Part shown: one piece after another, positions 8,294 to 21,362 of the stretch
Numbering within the stretch: the first letter of the stretch is position 1
Layout of the letters: each line of letters starts with the position of its first letter
NCBI RefSeq assembly: GCF_000026545.1
Contig: NC_011601.1
DNA length: 64,000 nt
Source of the DNA: Escherichia coli O127:H6 str. E2348/69
GTDB lineage: Bacteria > Pseudomonadota > Gammaproteobacteria > Enterobacterales > Enterobacteriaceae
Direction: 5' to 3' (one strand)
The notes under the pieces: generated by a model
What the model saw: only the letters and a program-made list of their open reading frames with translations
Told to the model about the DNA's origin: nothing
Database searches by the model: none
Position numbers and translations under genes: made by a program

Positions 8294-9849
8294 GCGTTTA
8301 GCCCCTTTTTCTGCAACTGAGTCTGCGCAACGGCGCTGGCCCATAGCGCCGCCTGTGCATTGCTGCTGGCAATGATGATGCCCGCATTTTGTAGTGCGCT
8401 TATCTGCTGACTGCGTATTTGCGGATCAGCTTCCGTTCCGCAAACGTGCGCAATCAGCAACGGAGCGTTATTCATGTCGATGTGTGAAAGTTGGTCCAGT
8501 AATTCGCTGGCAGGCGTCGTGGAAGCGCCATAACCAAGTACCAGGTCGAATAACACGACGGCAGTGTGTGAGTCGTTGAGTTCGTTGAGCAGACGTTGAT
8601 TGCGCAGAGTCGGGTCGATCATTGGATGCGGTTTGCCACGGGTGAAATCATCGTCGCCCATATCGATCAACGTGTGATCTTCGCTTTGCCAGATATTTGC
8701 CAGAGCACGATTACCCGCAACTGGCGTATTGGAAGCTGCGCTGAATCCCTTTTGTTGGCAGATAAGTTGCGCTTCGTAGCAGAAGGTTCCTCCGGCGAAA
8801 ACACCGCGTATCGCCTGGCGATGGGCTGGCAGACGCTGGCAGGCGTTTTGTAACATTGTGAGATCGTCGCAGGAAATCTCGGTCTCGACAGCCGGAATTG
8901 GCTGATCATTCAGTAACGCTACGGCGATATTTGCGGCGCTGGCAAGTGTGGTGGCCGCGGTGATATTGGGACGTGCCAGATCATGCGGATTCGCACCGAG
9001 GAAATTCACCACCACGGGTTTTCCACAAGCCTCGGCGCGCTCCAGAATAGTCTGGGCAACGATCGGTGAAGGCGGTTTTGAAATCAGCACAATCACGCGA
9101 GTTTCATCGTCTTGCGCCAGCGCATCTAAAGCGAAGAGCATCGATATTCCACCAATCTCTTCACTGAGATCATGTCCGCCTGTTCCCAACGCCTGAGAAA
9201 TACCCGCTCCGAGCTGGTCGATTCGGCAAGTCACTTCCTGTAGCCCGGTGCCTGACGCGCCAATAACACCAATTGCTCCGCGTTTCACCACATTAGCGAA
9301 GCCTAACGGAATGCCGTTAACAATGGCGGTTCCACAGTCAGGTCCCATTACGATGCGCTGACGTTCTCGGGCAAGCGTTTTGATAGATTTTTCCTGCCCG
9401 ATACTGACGTTATCGCTGAACATTATCACGTTCATTCCGAGGTTTAACGCTTTCATTGCTTCGGCGGCGGCGTAGTCTCCCGGTACAGAAATGAGTGCCA
9501 GGTTGGCCTCGGGTTCGGCTTCCAGTGCCATTTCCAGGCTGACCTTTTCCGGTGTTTTAATGCCACTATCCGTTTCATCATCGGGTTTGCTGGTCAGACG
9601 TTGCTGGGCCAGTACCAGTGCTTCATTGCAAATATCTTCTTCACCCATGACTGCAATCACTAAATCATTGGGACTGGCGTTGATTTCGTTACCCAGACCC
9701 GCATCGCGCAATTGTTCGAGATTATTGGGCGTTCCCATGACGACCGAGGCCTGTTGAATACCGGGCAACTTGCTGATTTGCGCGGAAATCTGCATCAGAG
9801 AAACTGAGTCCTGATAAAGATTACTGAAAACTTTATATTTAACTTTCAT
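8290..9849 (-). CDS. FdrA/YahF-like protein (succinyl-CoA synthetase alpha-like CoA-binding/ligase fold)
   Basis: 519-aa ORF with glycine-rich CoA-ligase-like motifs (GAIGVIGASGTGLQE, MGPDCGTAIVNGIPLGFAN); same size class as K-12 YahF/FdrA. Confidence 0.75.
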   Translation of the reverse strand: MKVKYKVFSNLYQDSVSLMQISAQISKLPGIQQASVVMGTPNNLEQLRDAGLGNEINASPNDLVIAVMGEEDICNEALVLAQQRLTSKPDDETDSGIKTPEKVSLEMALEAEPEANLALISVPGDYAAAEAMKALNLGMNVIMFSDNVSIGQEKSIKTLARERQRIVMGPDCGTAIVNGIPLGFANVVKRGAIGVIGASGTGLQEVTCRIDQLGAGISQALGTGGHDLSEEIGGISMLFALDALAQDDETRVIVLISKPPSPIVAQTILERAEACGKPVVVNFLGANPHDLARPNITAATTLASAANIAVALLNDQPIPAVETEISCDDLTMLQNACQRLPAHRQAIRGVFAGGTFCYEAQLICQQKGFSAASNTPVAGNRALANIWQSEDHTLIDMGDDDFTRGKPHPMIDPTLRNQRLLNELNDSHTAVVLFDLVLGYGASTTPASELLDQLSHIDMNNAPLLIAHVCGTEADPQIRSQQISALQNAGIIIASSNAQAALWASAVAQTQLQKKGLNA

Positions 9850-9943
9850 GCTGTTACGCCTGTTTCATTCCGCCCGATAGCAAAATTCGGGCAAAGCATC
9901 CCCGTGTAGCCCCATAAACGGGCTACGGGAGAAAAGGTTGAAA

Positions 9944-10804
9944 TCAATTCATGGTGTTCAGGGTTCGAAAGCCATGCAGCATTCCTGCAAGGCAATCTAC
10001 TCCTGACGTTGCGCCAAATTGCATGACCTGTTCTGCACAGGATGCGATTGTCATTGCCGATGTGCTCCCAACCAGTTGTGCGAGTAACTGGCAAATCGGT
10101 TCTGAAAAATGTCCCTGAAGCGCACGCTCCAGATAATGACGACTGATATCCGTGGTGTTGTGCGCATGTTGATCAATTGCCTGCTGCAACCGGTATTGAT
10201 GATCGGCAAGTGGTGCAGGGAGTTGCCATAACCAGAGCGCTGCCAGATAGCCCAACAAATAGTCATCTCCATCGGGCGTTAAGCCTTTACCAAAGCCGAT
10301 CAGTTGTGGCACCTGGCGTGCCAGCGCATCTGGATGTTCCATAATTGCTAATCCCTGGTGCGTGAGGCTATCCGGCAGGTGCAATGTGCTTTGAACGTTA
10401 TGTTCCAGACAAAATAAAAGCCGTTGCGATGCCATCGTTGGGTAGTGCTGGAAAACCAAAGGGAATGCCTCAAGTGTCAGCATTCTCCCCACAAATGGCG
10501 ACTGCCAGAGCGTTGCGTTATCGAGCGCCACACAAAATCGAGGTGTCCGCAGTAAGCCTGGGGTTAACTGAATGGGATCTGAATGGGCAATCTCTCTTCG
10601 CCAGTCCCAACATTCAGGTAGCCAGACTCTGGCAGCATCAGGGAGATTCAGATACGTTTGCGCACACAACAGAGTGATGAATGTTCCCGCGTCTGAATAC
10701 AGATTTACCGCATGTTTAAAAGCGCTATGCAGACGTAAATCTTGCGTTTCATTCTGCGGGAAAAGATATCCCAACGACGATGCGCAAAGCGTAACCTGTA
10801 CCAT
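9944..10804 (-). CDS. DUF2877 protein (YahE/YlbF-like)
   Basis: 286-aa ORF, same size as K-12 YahE; positioned immediately upstream of the FdrA-like gene as in the yahEFG and fdrA-ylbEF clusters. Confidence 0.55.
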   Translation of the reverse strand: MVQVTLCASSLGYLFPQNETQDLRLHSAFKHAVNLYSDAGTFITLLCAQTYLNLPDAARVWLPECWDWRREIAHSDPIQLTPGLLRTPRFCVALDNATLWQSPFVGRMLTLEAFPLVFQHYPTMASQRLLFCLEHNVQSTLHLPDSLTHQGLAIMEHPDALARQVPQLIGFGKGLTPDGDDYLLGYLAALWLWQLPAPLADHQYRLQQAIDQHAHNTTDISRHYLERALQGHFSEPICQLLAQLVGSTSAMTIASCAEQVMQFGATSGVDCLAGMLHGFRTLNTMN

Positions 10805-10809
10805 CGGCG

Positions 10810-11478
10810 TTAGCCTTCCAGACCTGCAATAATGGCTTTGGAATCAGTAACCCAACCGAAAATGGCACCTTGTGCTTTGATCATCTCGAGGGCGTATTTC
10901 TGGAATTCCGGGAAATAGGAGCCGACACAATCTTCCGGGATAATGCATTCATAGCCACGATCATTTGCTTCGCGCACGGTGGTGGTTACGCAAACTTCGG
11001 TTGTTACACCACAAACTATCAGCGTCTTGATACCGTGGTTTTGCAAAATCAGATGTAAGTCGGTTTGATAAAACGCGCCTTTGCCAGGCTTATCAATCAC
11101 CGGTTCGCCTGCCACCGGGTACAGTTCAGGAATGATGTCATGACCTGCTTCACCTCTGACCAGAATGCGTCCCATCGGTCCTGGTTCACCAATAAAGGTT
11201 TTTCCGCCGCGCGTCAGTTTGGCTGGCGGGCAGTCGCTTAAGTCTGCACGATGGCCTTCACGAATATGAATAACCATAATTCCTTTTTGACGTGCGGCTG
11301 CCAGCACCTCTGTACATGGTGCGATAGCCGTGCGTACCCGTGAAACATCATTGCCCAGTGCCTCACCGAAGCCCCCTGCTTCGACAAAGTCACGCTGCAT
11401 GTCGATCATGACCAGTGCAGTTGTGCGCGGATCAAAAGGTAATTCAAAGGGTTGAGCCTGAAAAATGGATTGCGTCAT
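10810..11478 (-). CDS. Isochorismatase-family cysteine hydrolase (N-carbamoylsarcosine amidase/RutB/BiuH-like)
   Basis: 222-aa ORF; N-terminal ALVMIDMQRDF (catalytic Asp region) and LIVCGVTTEVCV (catalytic Cys motif) typical of the family; AGGAGA Shine-Dalgarno; first gene of the operon. Confidence 0.8.
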   Translation of the reverse strand: MTQSIFQAQPFELPFDPRTTALVMIDMQRDFVEAGGFGEALGNDVSRVRTAIAPCTEVLAAARQKGIMVIHIREGHRADLSDCPPAKLTRGGKTFIGEPGPMGRILVRGEAGHDIIPELYPVAGEPVIDKPGKGAFYQTDLHLILQNHGIKTLIVCGVTTEVCVTTTVREANDRGYECIIPEDCVGSYFPEFQKYALEMIKAQGAIFGWVTDSKAIIAGLEG

Positions 11479-11638
11479 GGTAAATCTCCTGTCTGATGTT
11501 TAAACGATCCAGTTGTTCTGAGAACGAGTATTCAGGAGAAAAGCGGCACAAAACAGGAAAAAAGTTTGCCGCACAGCAACGAAATTTTTGCATTCAGCAG
11601 GTGGTGTGATGACGAATGTGAAGGGAGTCAAAGAGTGG

Positions 11639-11669
11639 CATACAGCAACAAATTTTTTGATGCTGTATG
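11639..11669. promoter_or_regulatory. Perfect 9-bp inverted repeat CATACAGCA-N13-TGCTGTATG in the operon upstream region
   Basis: Read directly; lies about 160 bp upstream of the first operon gene and downstream of ysgA; no U-tract on the transcribed strand, so more likely a protein-binding dyad than a terminator. Confidence 0.3.
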
Positions 11670-11734
11670 GTTTTGAGATTAAAAAAATCGTTGAAATTGT
11701 GTGAGCTTAATCATCAGATTTAGCGACTATGGCG

Positions 11735-12544
11735 TTACTTTTTAACACCATACTGTGTAAACCATTCCAACATTCGCTGCCAGCCGTCTTTCGCAGACTC
11801 GGCATGATAGCTCGGACGATAATCGGCGTTGAATGCATGCCCGGCATCCGGGTAGACGATAATCTCTGCTTTCGCATTAGCAGCCCGCAGCGCCTGGCGC
11901 ATAGTTTCAACGCTCTCCTGCGGAATGCTGTTATCCTGGCCGCCATATAAGCCGAGAACCGGCGCGTTAAGATCGGTTGCGATATCAACAGGTTGTTTCG
12001 GTGAATTCAGCGACTTATCGCCCGTCAGTTTGCCGTACCACGCCACTGCGGCTTTTAGCTGTGGATTATGCGCGGCATACAGCCAGGTGATACGTCCACC
12101 CCAGCAGAATCCGGTGATCATTAAACGATGAACATCGCCGCCGTTGCGGGAAGCCCAACTGGCGACATGATCGAGATCGGCCAGCACCTGCGAGTCAGGC
12201 ACTTTTGCTACCAGACCGCTAAGCAACGTGGGGATATCGGCAAAATCATTCGGATCGCCTTCGCGGAAGTAAAGTTCAGGTGCGATAGCCAGATACCCCT
12301 CCAGCGCCAGACGGCGACAAATGTCGCGGATATGTTCATGCACGCCAAAAATTTCCTGCACTACAATGACCACTGGCAGTGGGCCATCGCTTTGCTTTGG
12401 TCTGGCATGGTAAGCAGGCATGTTATCCCCTTGTGAAGGGATAGAGGTGAAGCCCGCCACAATCGCGTCGTCCGGAGTCTGAACGATGGTCGAAGCGAGA
12501 GGCGATGCAGCAGGTGCAAATCCAGATTGTTGTGTTGTTGCCAT
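11735..12544 (-). CDS. ysgA: Dienelactone hydrolase-family protein
   Basis: Translation from MATTQQSGFAPAASPL... matches my recollection of K-12 YsgA; GGAGAA Shine-Dalgarno before ATG at 12544; neighbour of udp as in K-12. Confidence 0.85.
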   Translation of the reverse strand: MATTQQSGFAPAASPLASTIVQTPDDAIVAGFTSIPSQGDNMPAYHARPKQSDGPLPVVIVVQEIFGVHEHIRDICRRLALEGYLAIAPELYFREGDPNDFADIPTLLSGLVAKVPDSQVLADLDHVASWASRNGGDVHRLMITGFCWGGRITWLYAAHNPQLKAAVAWYGKLTGDKSLNSPKQPVDIATDLNAPVLGLYGGQDNSIPQESVETMRQALRAANAKAEIIVYPDAGHAFNADYRPSYHAESAKDGWQRMLEWFTQYGVKK

Positions 12545-12805
12545 GGTATTCTCCGTACCCTTATAAAAATGTTGCGCAATGTTAACTATAGTCAGCATGC
12601 AACAAATCACATTGCCTGAATCGGCTCATCTTTTATGCAGTCCTGCAGAATGAAGAGTGATTTATGTGATTTGCATCACTTTTGGCGGGTAAATTTATGC
12701 AACGCATTTTCGTCATGGTGATGAGTATCACGAAAAAATGTTAAACCCTTCGGTAAAGTGTCTTTTTGCTTCTTCTGACTAAACCGATTCACAGAGGAGT
12801 TGTAT

Positions 12806-13567
12806 ATGTCCAAGTCTGATGTTTTTCATCTCGACCTCACTAAAAACGATTTACAAGGGGCTACGCTTGCCATCGTCCCTGGCGACCCGGATCGTGTGGA
12901 AAAGATCGCCGCGCTGATGGATAAGCCGGTTAAGCTGGCATCTCACCGCGAATTCACCACCTGGCGTGCAGAGCTGGATGGTAAACCTGTTATCGTCTGC
13001 TCTACCGGTATCGGCGGCCCGTCTACCTCTATTGCTGTTGAAGAGCTGGCACAGCTGGGCATTCGCACCTTCCTGCGTATCGGTACAACGGGCGCTATTC
13101 AGCCGCATATTAATGTGGGCGATGTTCTGGTTACCACGGCGTCTGTTCGTCTGGATGGCGCGAGCTTGCACTTCGCACCGCTGGAATTCCCGGCTGTCGC
13201 TGATTTCGAATGTACGACTGCGCTGGTTGAAGCTGCGAAATCCATTGGCGCGACGACTCACGTTGGCGTGACAGCTTCTTCTGATACCTTCTACCCAGGT
13301 CAGGAACGTTACGATACTTACTCTGGTCGCGTAGTTCGTCACTTTAAAGGTTCTATGGAAGAGTGGCAGGCGATGGGCGTAATGAACTATGAAATGGAAT
13401 CTGCAACCCTGCTGACCATGTGTGCAAGTCAGGGCCTGCGTGCGGGTATGGTGGCGGGCGTTATCGTTAACCGCACCCAGCAAGAGATCCCGAATGCTGA
13501 GACGATGAAACAAACCGAAAGCCATGCGGTGAAAATCGTGGTGGAAGCGGCGCGTCGTCTGCTGTAA
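12806..13567 (+). CDS. udp: Uridine phosphorylase
   Basis: MSKSDVFHL... 253-aa product; GAGGAG Shine-Dalgarno; PNP/UDP family. Confidence 0.95.
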   Translation: MSKSDVFHLDLTKNDLQGATLAIVPGDPDRVEKIAALMDKPVKLASHREFTTWRAELDGKPVIVCSTGIGGPSTSIAVEELAQLGIRTFLRIGTTGAIQPHINVGDVLVTTASVRLDGASLHFAPLEFPAVADFECTTALVEAAKSIGATTHVGVTASSDTFYPGQERYDTYSGRVVRHFKGSMEEWQAMGVMNYEMESATLLTMCASQGLRAGMVAGVIVNRTQQEIPNAETMKQTESHAVKIVVEAARRLL

Positions 13568-13584
13568 TTCTCTTCTCCTGTCTG

Positions 13585-13612
13585 AAGGCCGACGCGTTCG
13601 GCCTTTTGTATT
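13585..13612 (+). terminator. Rho-independent terminator downstream of udp
   Basis: GGCCGA-CGCGT-TCGGCC hairpin followed by TTTTGTATTTTT. Confidence 0.7.
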
Positions 13613-13707
13613 TTTGCGTAGCGCCTCGCAGGAAATGCCTTTCCAACTGGACGTTTGTACAGCACAATTCTATTTTGTGCGGGTAAGTTGTTGCGTCAGG
13701 AGGCGTT

Positions 13708-15135
13708 GTGGATTTCTCAATCATGGTTTACGCAGTTATTGCATTGGTGGGTGTGGCAATTGGCTGGCTGTTTGCCAGTTATCAACATGCGCAGCAAAAA
13801 GCCGAGCAATTAGCTGAACGTGAAGAGATGGTCGCGGAGTTAAGCGCGGCAAAACAACAAATTACTCAAAGCGAGCACTGGCGCGCTGAGTGCGAGTTAC
13901 TCAATAACGAAGTGCGCAGCCTGCAAAGTATTAACACCTCTCTGGAGGCCGATCTGCGTGAAGTAACCACGCGGATGGAAGCCGCACAGCAACATGCTGA
14001 CGATAAAATTCGCCAGATGATCAATAGCGAGCAGCGCCTCAGTGAGCAGTTTGAAAACCTCGCCAACCGTATTTTTGAGCACAGCAATCGCCGGGTTGAT
14101 GAGCAAAACCGTCAGAGTCTGAACAGCCTGTTGTCGCCGCTACGTGAACAACTGGACGGTTTCCGCCGTCAGGTTCAGGACAGCTTCGGTAAAGAAGCAC
14201 AGGAACGTCATACCCTGACCCACGAAATTCGCAATCTCCAGCAGCTCAACGCGCAAATGGCTCAGGAGGCGATCAACCTGACGCGCGCGCTGAAAGGCGA
14301 CAATAAAACCCAGGGCAACTGGGGCGAGGTGGTATTGACGCGGGTGCTGGAGGCTTCCGGTCTGCGTGAAGGGTATGAATATGAAACTCAGGTCAGCATC
14401 GAAAATGACGCCCGCTCGCGGATGCAGCCGGATGTCATCGTGCGGTTGCCGCAGGGAAAAGATGTGGTGATCGACGCCAAAATGACGCTGGTCGCCTATG
14501 AACGCTATTTCAACGCCGAAGATGACTACTCCCGCGAAAGCGCGCTACAGGAACATATTGCGTCGGTGCGTAACCATATCCGTTTGCTGGGACGCAAAGA
14601 TTATCAACAGCTGTCGGGGCTGCGAACTCTGGATTACGTGCTGATGTTTATTCCTGTTGAACCCGCTTTTTTACTGGCGCTTGACCGTCAGCCGGAGCTT
14701 ATCACCGAAGCATTGAAAAACAATATTATGCTGGTGAGCCCCACCACGCTGCTGGTGGCGTTGCGTACTATCGCCAACCTGTGGCGTTATGAGCATCAAA
14801 GTCGTAACGCCCAGCACATCGCCGATCGCGCCAGCAAGCTGTACGACAAAATGCGCTTGTTTGTCGATGACATGTCCGCGATTGGTCAAAGTCTCGACAA
14901 AGCGCAGGATAACTATCGCCAGGCAATGAAAAAACTCTCTTCAGGTCGCGGAAATGTGCTGGCGCAGGCAGAAGCGTTTCGCGGTTTAGGGGTAGAAATT
15001 AAACGCGAGATTAATCCGGATTTGGCTGAACAGGCGGTGAGCCAGGATGAAGAGTATCGACTTCGGTCGGTTCCGGAGCAGCCGAATGATGAAGCTTATC
15101 AACGCGATGATGAATATAATCAGCAGTCGCGCTAG
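13708..15135 (+). CDS. rmuC: DNA recombination protein RmuC (GTG start)
   Basis: 475-aa coiled-coil protein, conserved position after udp. Confidence 0.9.
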   Translation: MDFSIMVYAVIALVGVAIGWLFASYQHAQQKAEQLAEREEMVAELSAAKQQITQSEHWRAECELLNNEVRSLQSINTSLEADLREVTTRMEAAQQHADDKIRQMINSEQRLSEQFENLANRIFEHSNRRVDEQNRQSLNSLLSPLREQLDGFRRQVQDSFGKEAQERHTLTHEIRNLQQLNAQMAQEAINLTRALKGDNKTQGNWGEVVLTRVLEASGLREGYEYETQVSIENDARSRMQPDVIVRLPQGKDVVIDAKMTLVAYERYFNAEDDYSRESALQEHIASVRNHIRLLGRKDYQQLSGLRTLDYVLMFIPVEPAFLLALDRQPELITEALKNNIMLVSPTTLLVALRTIANLWRYEHQSRNAQHIADRASKLYDKMRLFVDDMSAIGQSLDKAQDNYRQAMKKLSSGRGNVLAQAEAFRGLGVEIKREINPDLAEQAVSQDEEYRLRSVPEQPNDEAYQRDDEYNQQSR

Positions 15136-15229
15136 CCCATTGGGGGTAGTTAAGCCGGGTAGAAATCTAGGGCATCGACGCCCAATCTGTTACACTTCTG
15201 GAACAATTTTTTGATGAGCAGGCATTGAG

Positions 15230-15985
15230 ATGGTGGATAAGTCACAAGAAACGACGCACTTTGGTTTTCAGACCGTCGCGAAGGAACAAAAAGCGGATAT
15301 GGTCGCCCACGTTTTCCATTCCGTGGCATCAAAATACGATGTCATGAATGATTTGATGTCATTCGGTATTCATCGTTTGTGGAAGCGATTCACGATTGAT
15401 TGCAGCGGCGTACGCCGTGGGCAGACCGTGCTGGATCTGGCTGGTGGCACCGGCGACCTGACAGCGAAATTCTCTCGCCTGGTCGGAGAAACTGGCAAAG
15501 TGGTCCTTGCTGATATCAATGAATCCATGCTCAAAATGGGCCGCGAGAAGCTGCGTAATATCGGTGTGATTGGCAACGTTGAGTATGTTCAGGCGAACGC
15601 TGAGGCGCTGCCGTTCCCGGATAACACCTTTGATTGCATCACCATTTCGTTTGGTCTGCGTAACGTCACCGACAAAGATAAAGCACTGCGTTCAATGTAT
15701 CGCGTGCTGAAACCCGGCGGCCGCCTGCTGGTGCTTGAGTTCTCGAAGCCAATTATCGAGCCGCTGAGCAAAGCCTATGATGCATACTCCTTCCATGTGC
15801 TGCCGCGTATTGGCTCACTGGTCGCGAACGACGCCGACAGCTACCGTTATCTGGCAGAATCCATCCGTATGCATCCCGATCAGGATACCCTGAAAGCCAT
15901 GATGCAGGATGCCGGATTCGAAAGTGTCGACTACTACAATCTGACGGCAGGGGTTGTGGCGTTGCATCGTGGTTATAAGTTCTGA
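15230..15985 (+). CDS. ubiE: Ubiquinone/menaquinone C-methyltransferase
   Basis: 251 aa, SAM-binding motif LDLAGGTGD. Confidence 0.95.
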
Positions 15986-15998
15986 CAGGAGACCGGAA

Positions 15999-18241
<2,243 letters not shown>

Positions 18242-18319
18242 TTTTTTCATCGCTCAAGGCGGGCCGTGTAACGTATAATGCGGCTTTGTTTAATCATCAT
18301 CTACCACAGAGGAACATGT

Positions 18320-18589
18320 ATGGGTGGTATCAGTATTTGGCAGTTATTGATTATTGCCGTCATCGTTGTACTGCTTTTTGGCACCAAAAAGCTCGGCTCC
18401 ATCGGTTCCGATCTTGGTGCGTCGATCAAAGGCTTTAAAAAAGCAATGAGCGATGATGAACCAAAGCAGGATAAAATCAGCCAGGATGCTGATTTTACTG
18501 CGAAAACTATCGCCGATAAGCAGGCGGATACGAATCAGGAACAGGCTAAAACAGAAGACGCGAAGCGCCACGATAAAGAGCAGGTGTAA
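18320..18589 (+). CDS. tatA: Twin-arginine translocase subunit TatA
   Basis: [33 protein letters not shown]. Confidence 0.95.
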   Translation: MGGISIWQLLIIAVIVVLLFGTKKLGSIGSDLGASIKGFKKAMSDDEPKQDKISQDADFTAKTIADKQADTNQEQAKTEDAKRHDKEQV

Positions 18590-18592
18590 TCT

Positions 18593-19108
18593 GTGTTTGA
18601 TATCGGTTTTAGCGAACTGCTATTGGTGTTCATCATCGGCCTCGTCGTTCTGGGGCCGCAACGACTGCCTGTGGCGGTAAAAACGGTAGCGGGCTGGATT
18701 CGCGCGTTGCGTTCACTGGCGACAACGGTGCAGAACGAACTGACCCAGGAGTTAAAACTCCAGGAGTTTCAGGACAGTCTGAAAAAGGTTGAAAAGGCGA
18801 GCCTCACTAACCTGACGCCCGAACTGAAAGCGTCGATGGATGAATTACGCCAGGCTGCGGAGTCGATGAAGCGTTCCTACGTTGCAAACGATCCTGAAAA
18901 GGCGAGCGATGAAGCGCACACCATCCATAACCCGGTGGTGAAAGACAATGAAACTGCGCATGAAGGCGTAACGCCTGCTGCTGCACAAACGCAGGCCAGT
19001 TCGCCGGAACAGAAGCCAGAAACCACGCCAGAGCCGGTGGTAAAACCTGCTGCGGACGCTGAACCGAAAACCGCTGCGCCTTCCCCTTCGTCGAGTGATA
19101 AACCGTAA
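18593..19108 (+). CDS. tatB: Twin-arginine translocase subunit TatB
   Basis: [26 protein letters not shown], 171 aa. Confidence 0.95.
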
Positions 19109-19110
19109 AC

Positions 19111-19887
19111 ATGTCTGTAGAAGATACTCAACCGCTTATCACGCATCTGATTGAGCTGCGTAAGCGTCTGCTGAACTGCATTATCGCGGTGATCGTGATA
19201 TTCCTGTGTCTGGTCTATTTCGCCAATGACATCTATCACCTGGTATCCGCGCCATTGATCAAGCAGTTGCCGCAAGGTTCAACGATGATCGCCACCGACG
19301 TGGCCTCGCCGTTCTTTACGCCGATCAAGCTGACCTTTATGGTGTCGCTGATTCTTTCAGCGCCGGTGATTCTCTATCAGGTGTGGGCGTTTATCGCCCC
19401 AGCGCTGTATAAGCATGAACGTCGCCTGGTGGTGCCGCTGCTGGTTTCCAGCTCTCTGTTGTTTTATATCGGCATGGCGTTCGCCTACTTTGTGGTCTTT
19501 CCGCTGGCATTTGGCTTCCTTGCCAATACCGCGCCGGAAGGGGTACAGGTATCCACCGACATCGCCAGCTATTTAAGCTTCGTTATGGCGCTGTTTATGG
19601 CGTTTGGTGTCTCCTTTGAAGTGCCGGTGGCAATAGTGCTGCTGTGCTGGATGGGAATTACCTCGCCAGAAGACTTACGCAAAAAACGTCCGTATGTGCT
19701 GGTTGGCGCATTTGTTGTCGGGATGCTGCTGACGCCGCCGGATGTCTTCTCGCAAACGCTGCTGGCGATCCCGATGTATTGCCTGTTTGAAATCGGTGTC
19801 TTCTTCTCACGCTTTTACGTTGGTAAAGGGCGAAATCGGGAAGAGGAAAACGACGCTGAAGCAGAAAGCGAAAAAACTGAAGAATAA
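19111..19887 (+). CDS. tatC: Twin-arginine translocase subunit TatC
   Basis: 258-aa six-TM protein. Confidence 0.95.
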
Positions 19888-19928
19888 ATTCAACCGCCCG
19901 TCAGGGCGGTTGTCATATGGAGTACAGG

Positions 19929-21241
<1,313 letters not shown>

Positions 21242-21362
21242 TTACGCTAAGTTAATTATATTCCCCGGTTTGCGTTATACCGTCAGAGTTCACGCTAATT
21301 TAACAAATTTACAGCATCGCAAAGATGAACGCCGTATAATGGGCACAGATTAAGAGGCTACA

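Noticed and set aside
6980-8344. Six-frame ORF taken at face value as an intact 454-aa protein
   Set aside because: Its last ~24 codons are read from the IS terminal repeat and its first 17 codons precede the ATGA-coupled start at 8293; it is an IS-truncated chimeric ORF, not a native gene
9850-9943. Stem-loop (GTAGCCC-CATAAAC-GGGCTAC) in the 94-nt gap between the DUF2877 and FdrA-like genes, considered as an internal terminator
   Set aside because: No adjacent U-tract on the transcribed strand; more likely an mRNA processing or stability element, and too weak to call as a feature
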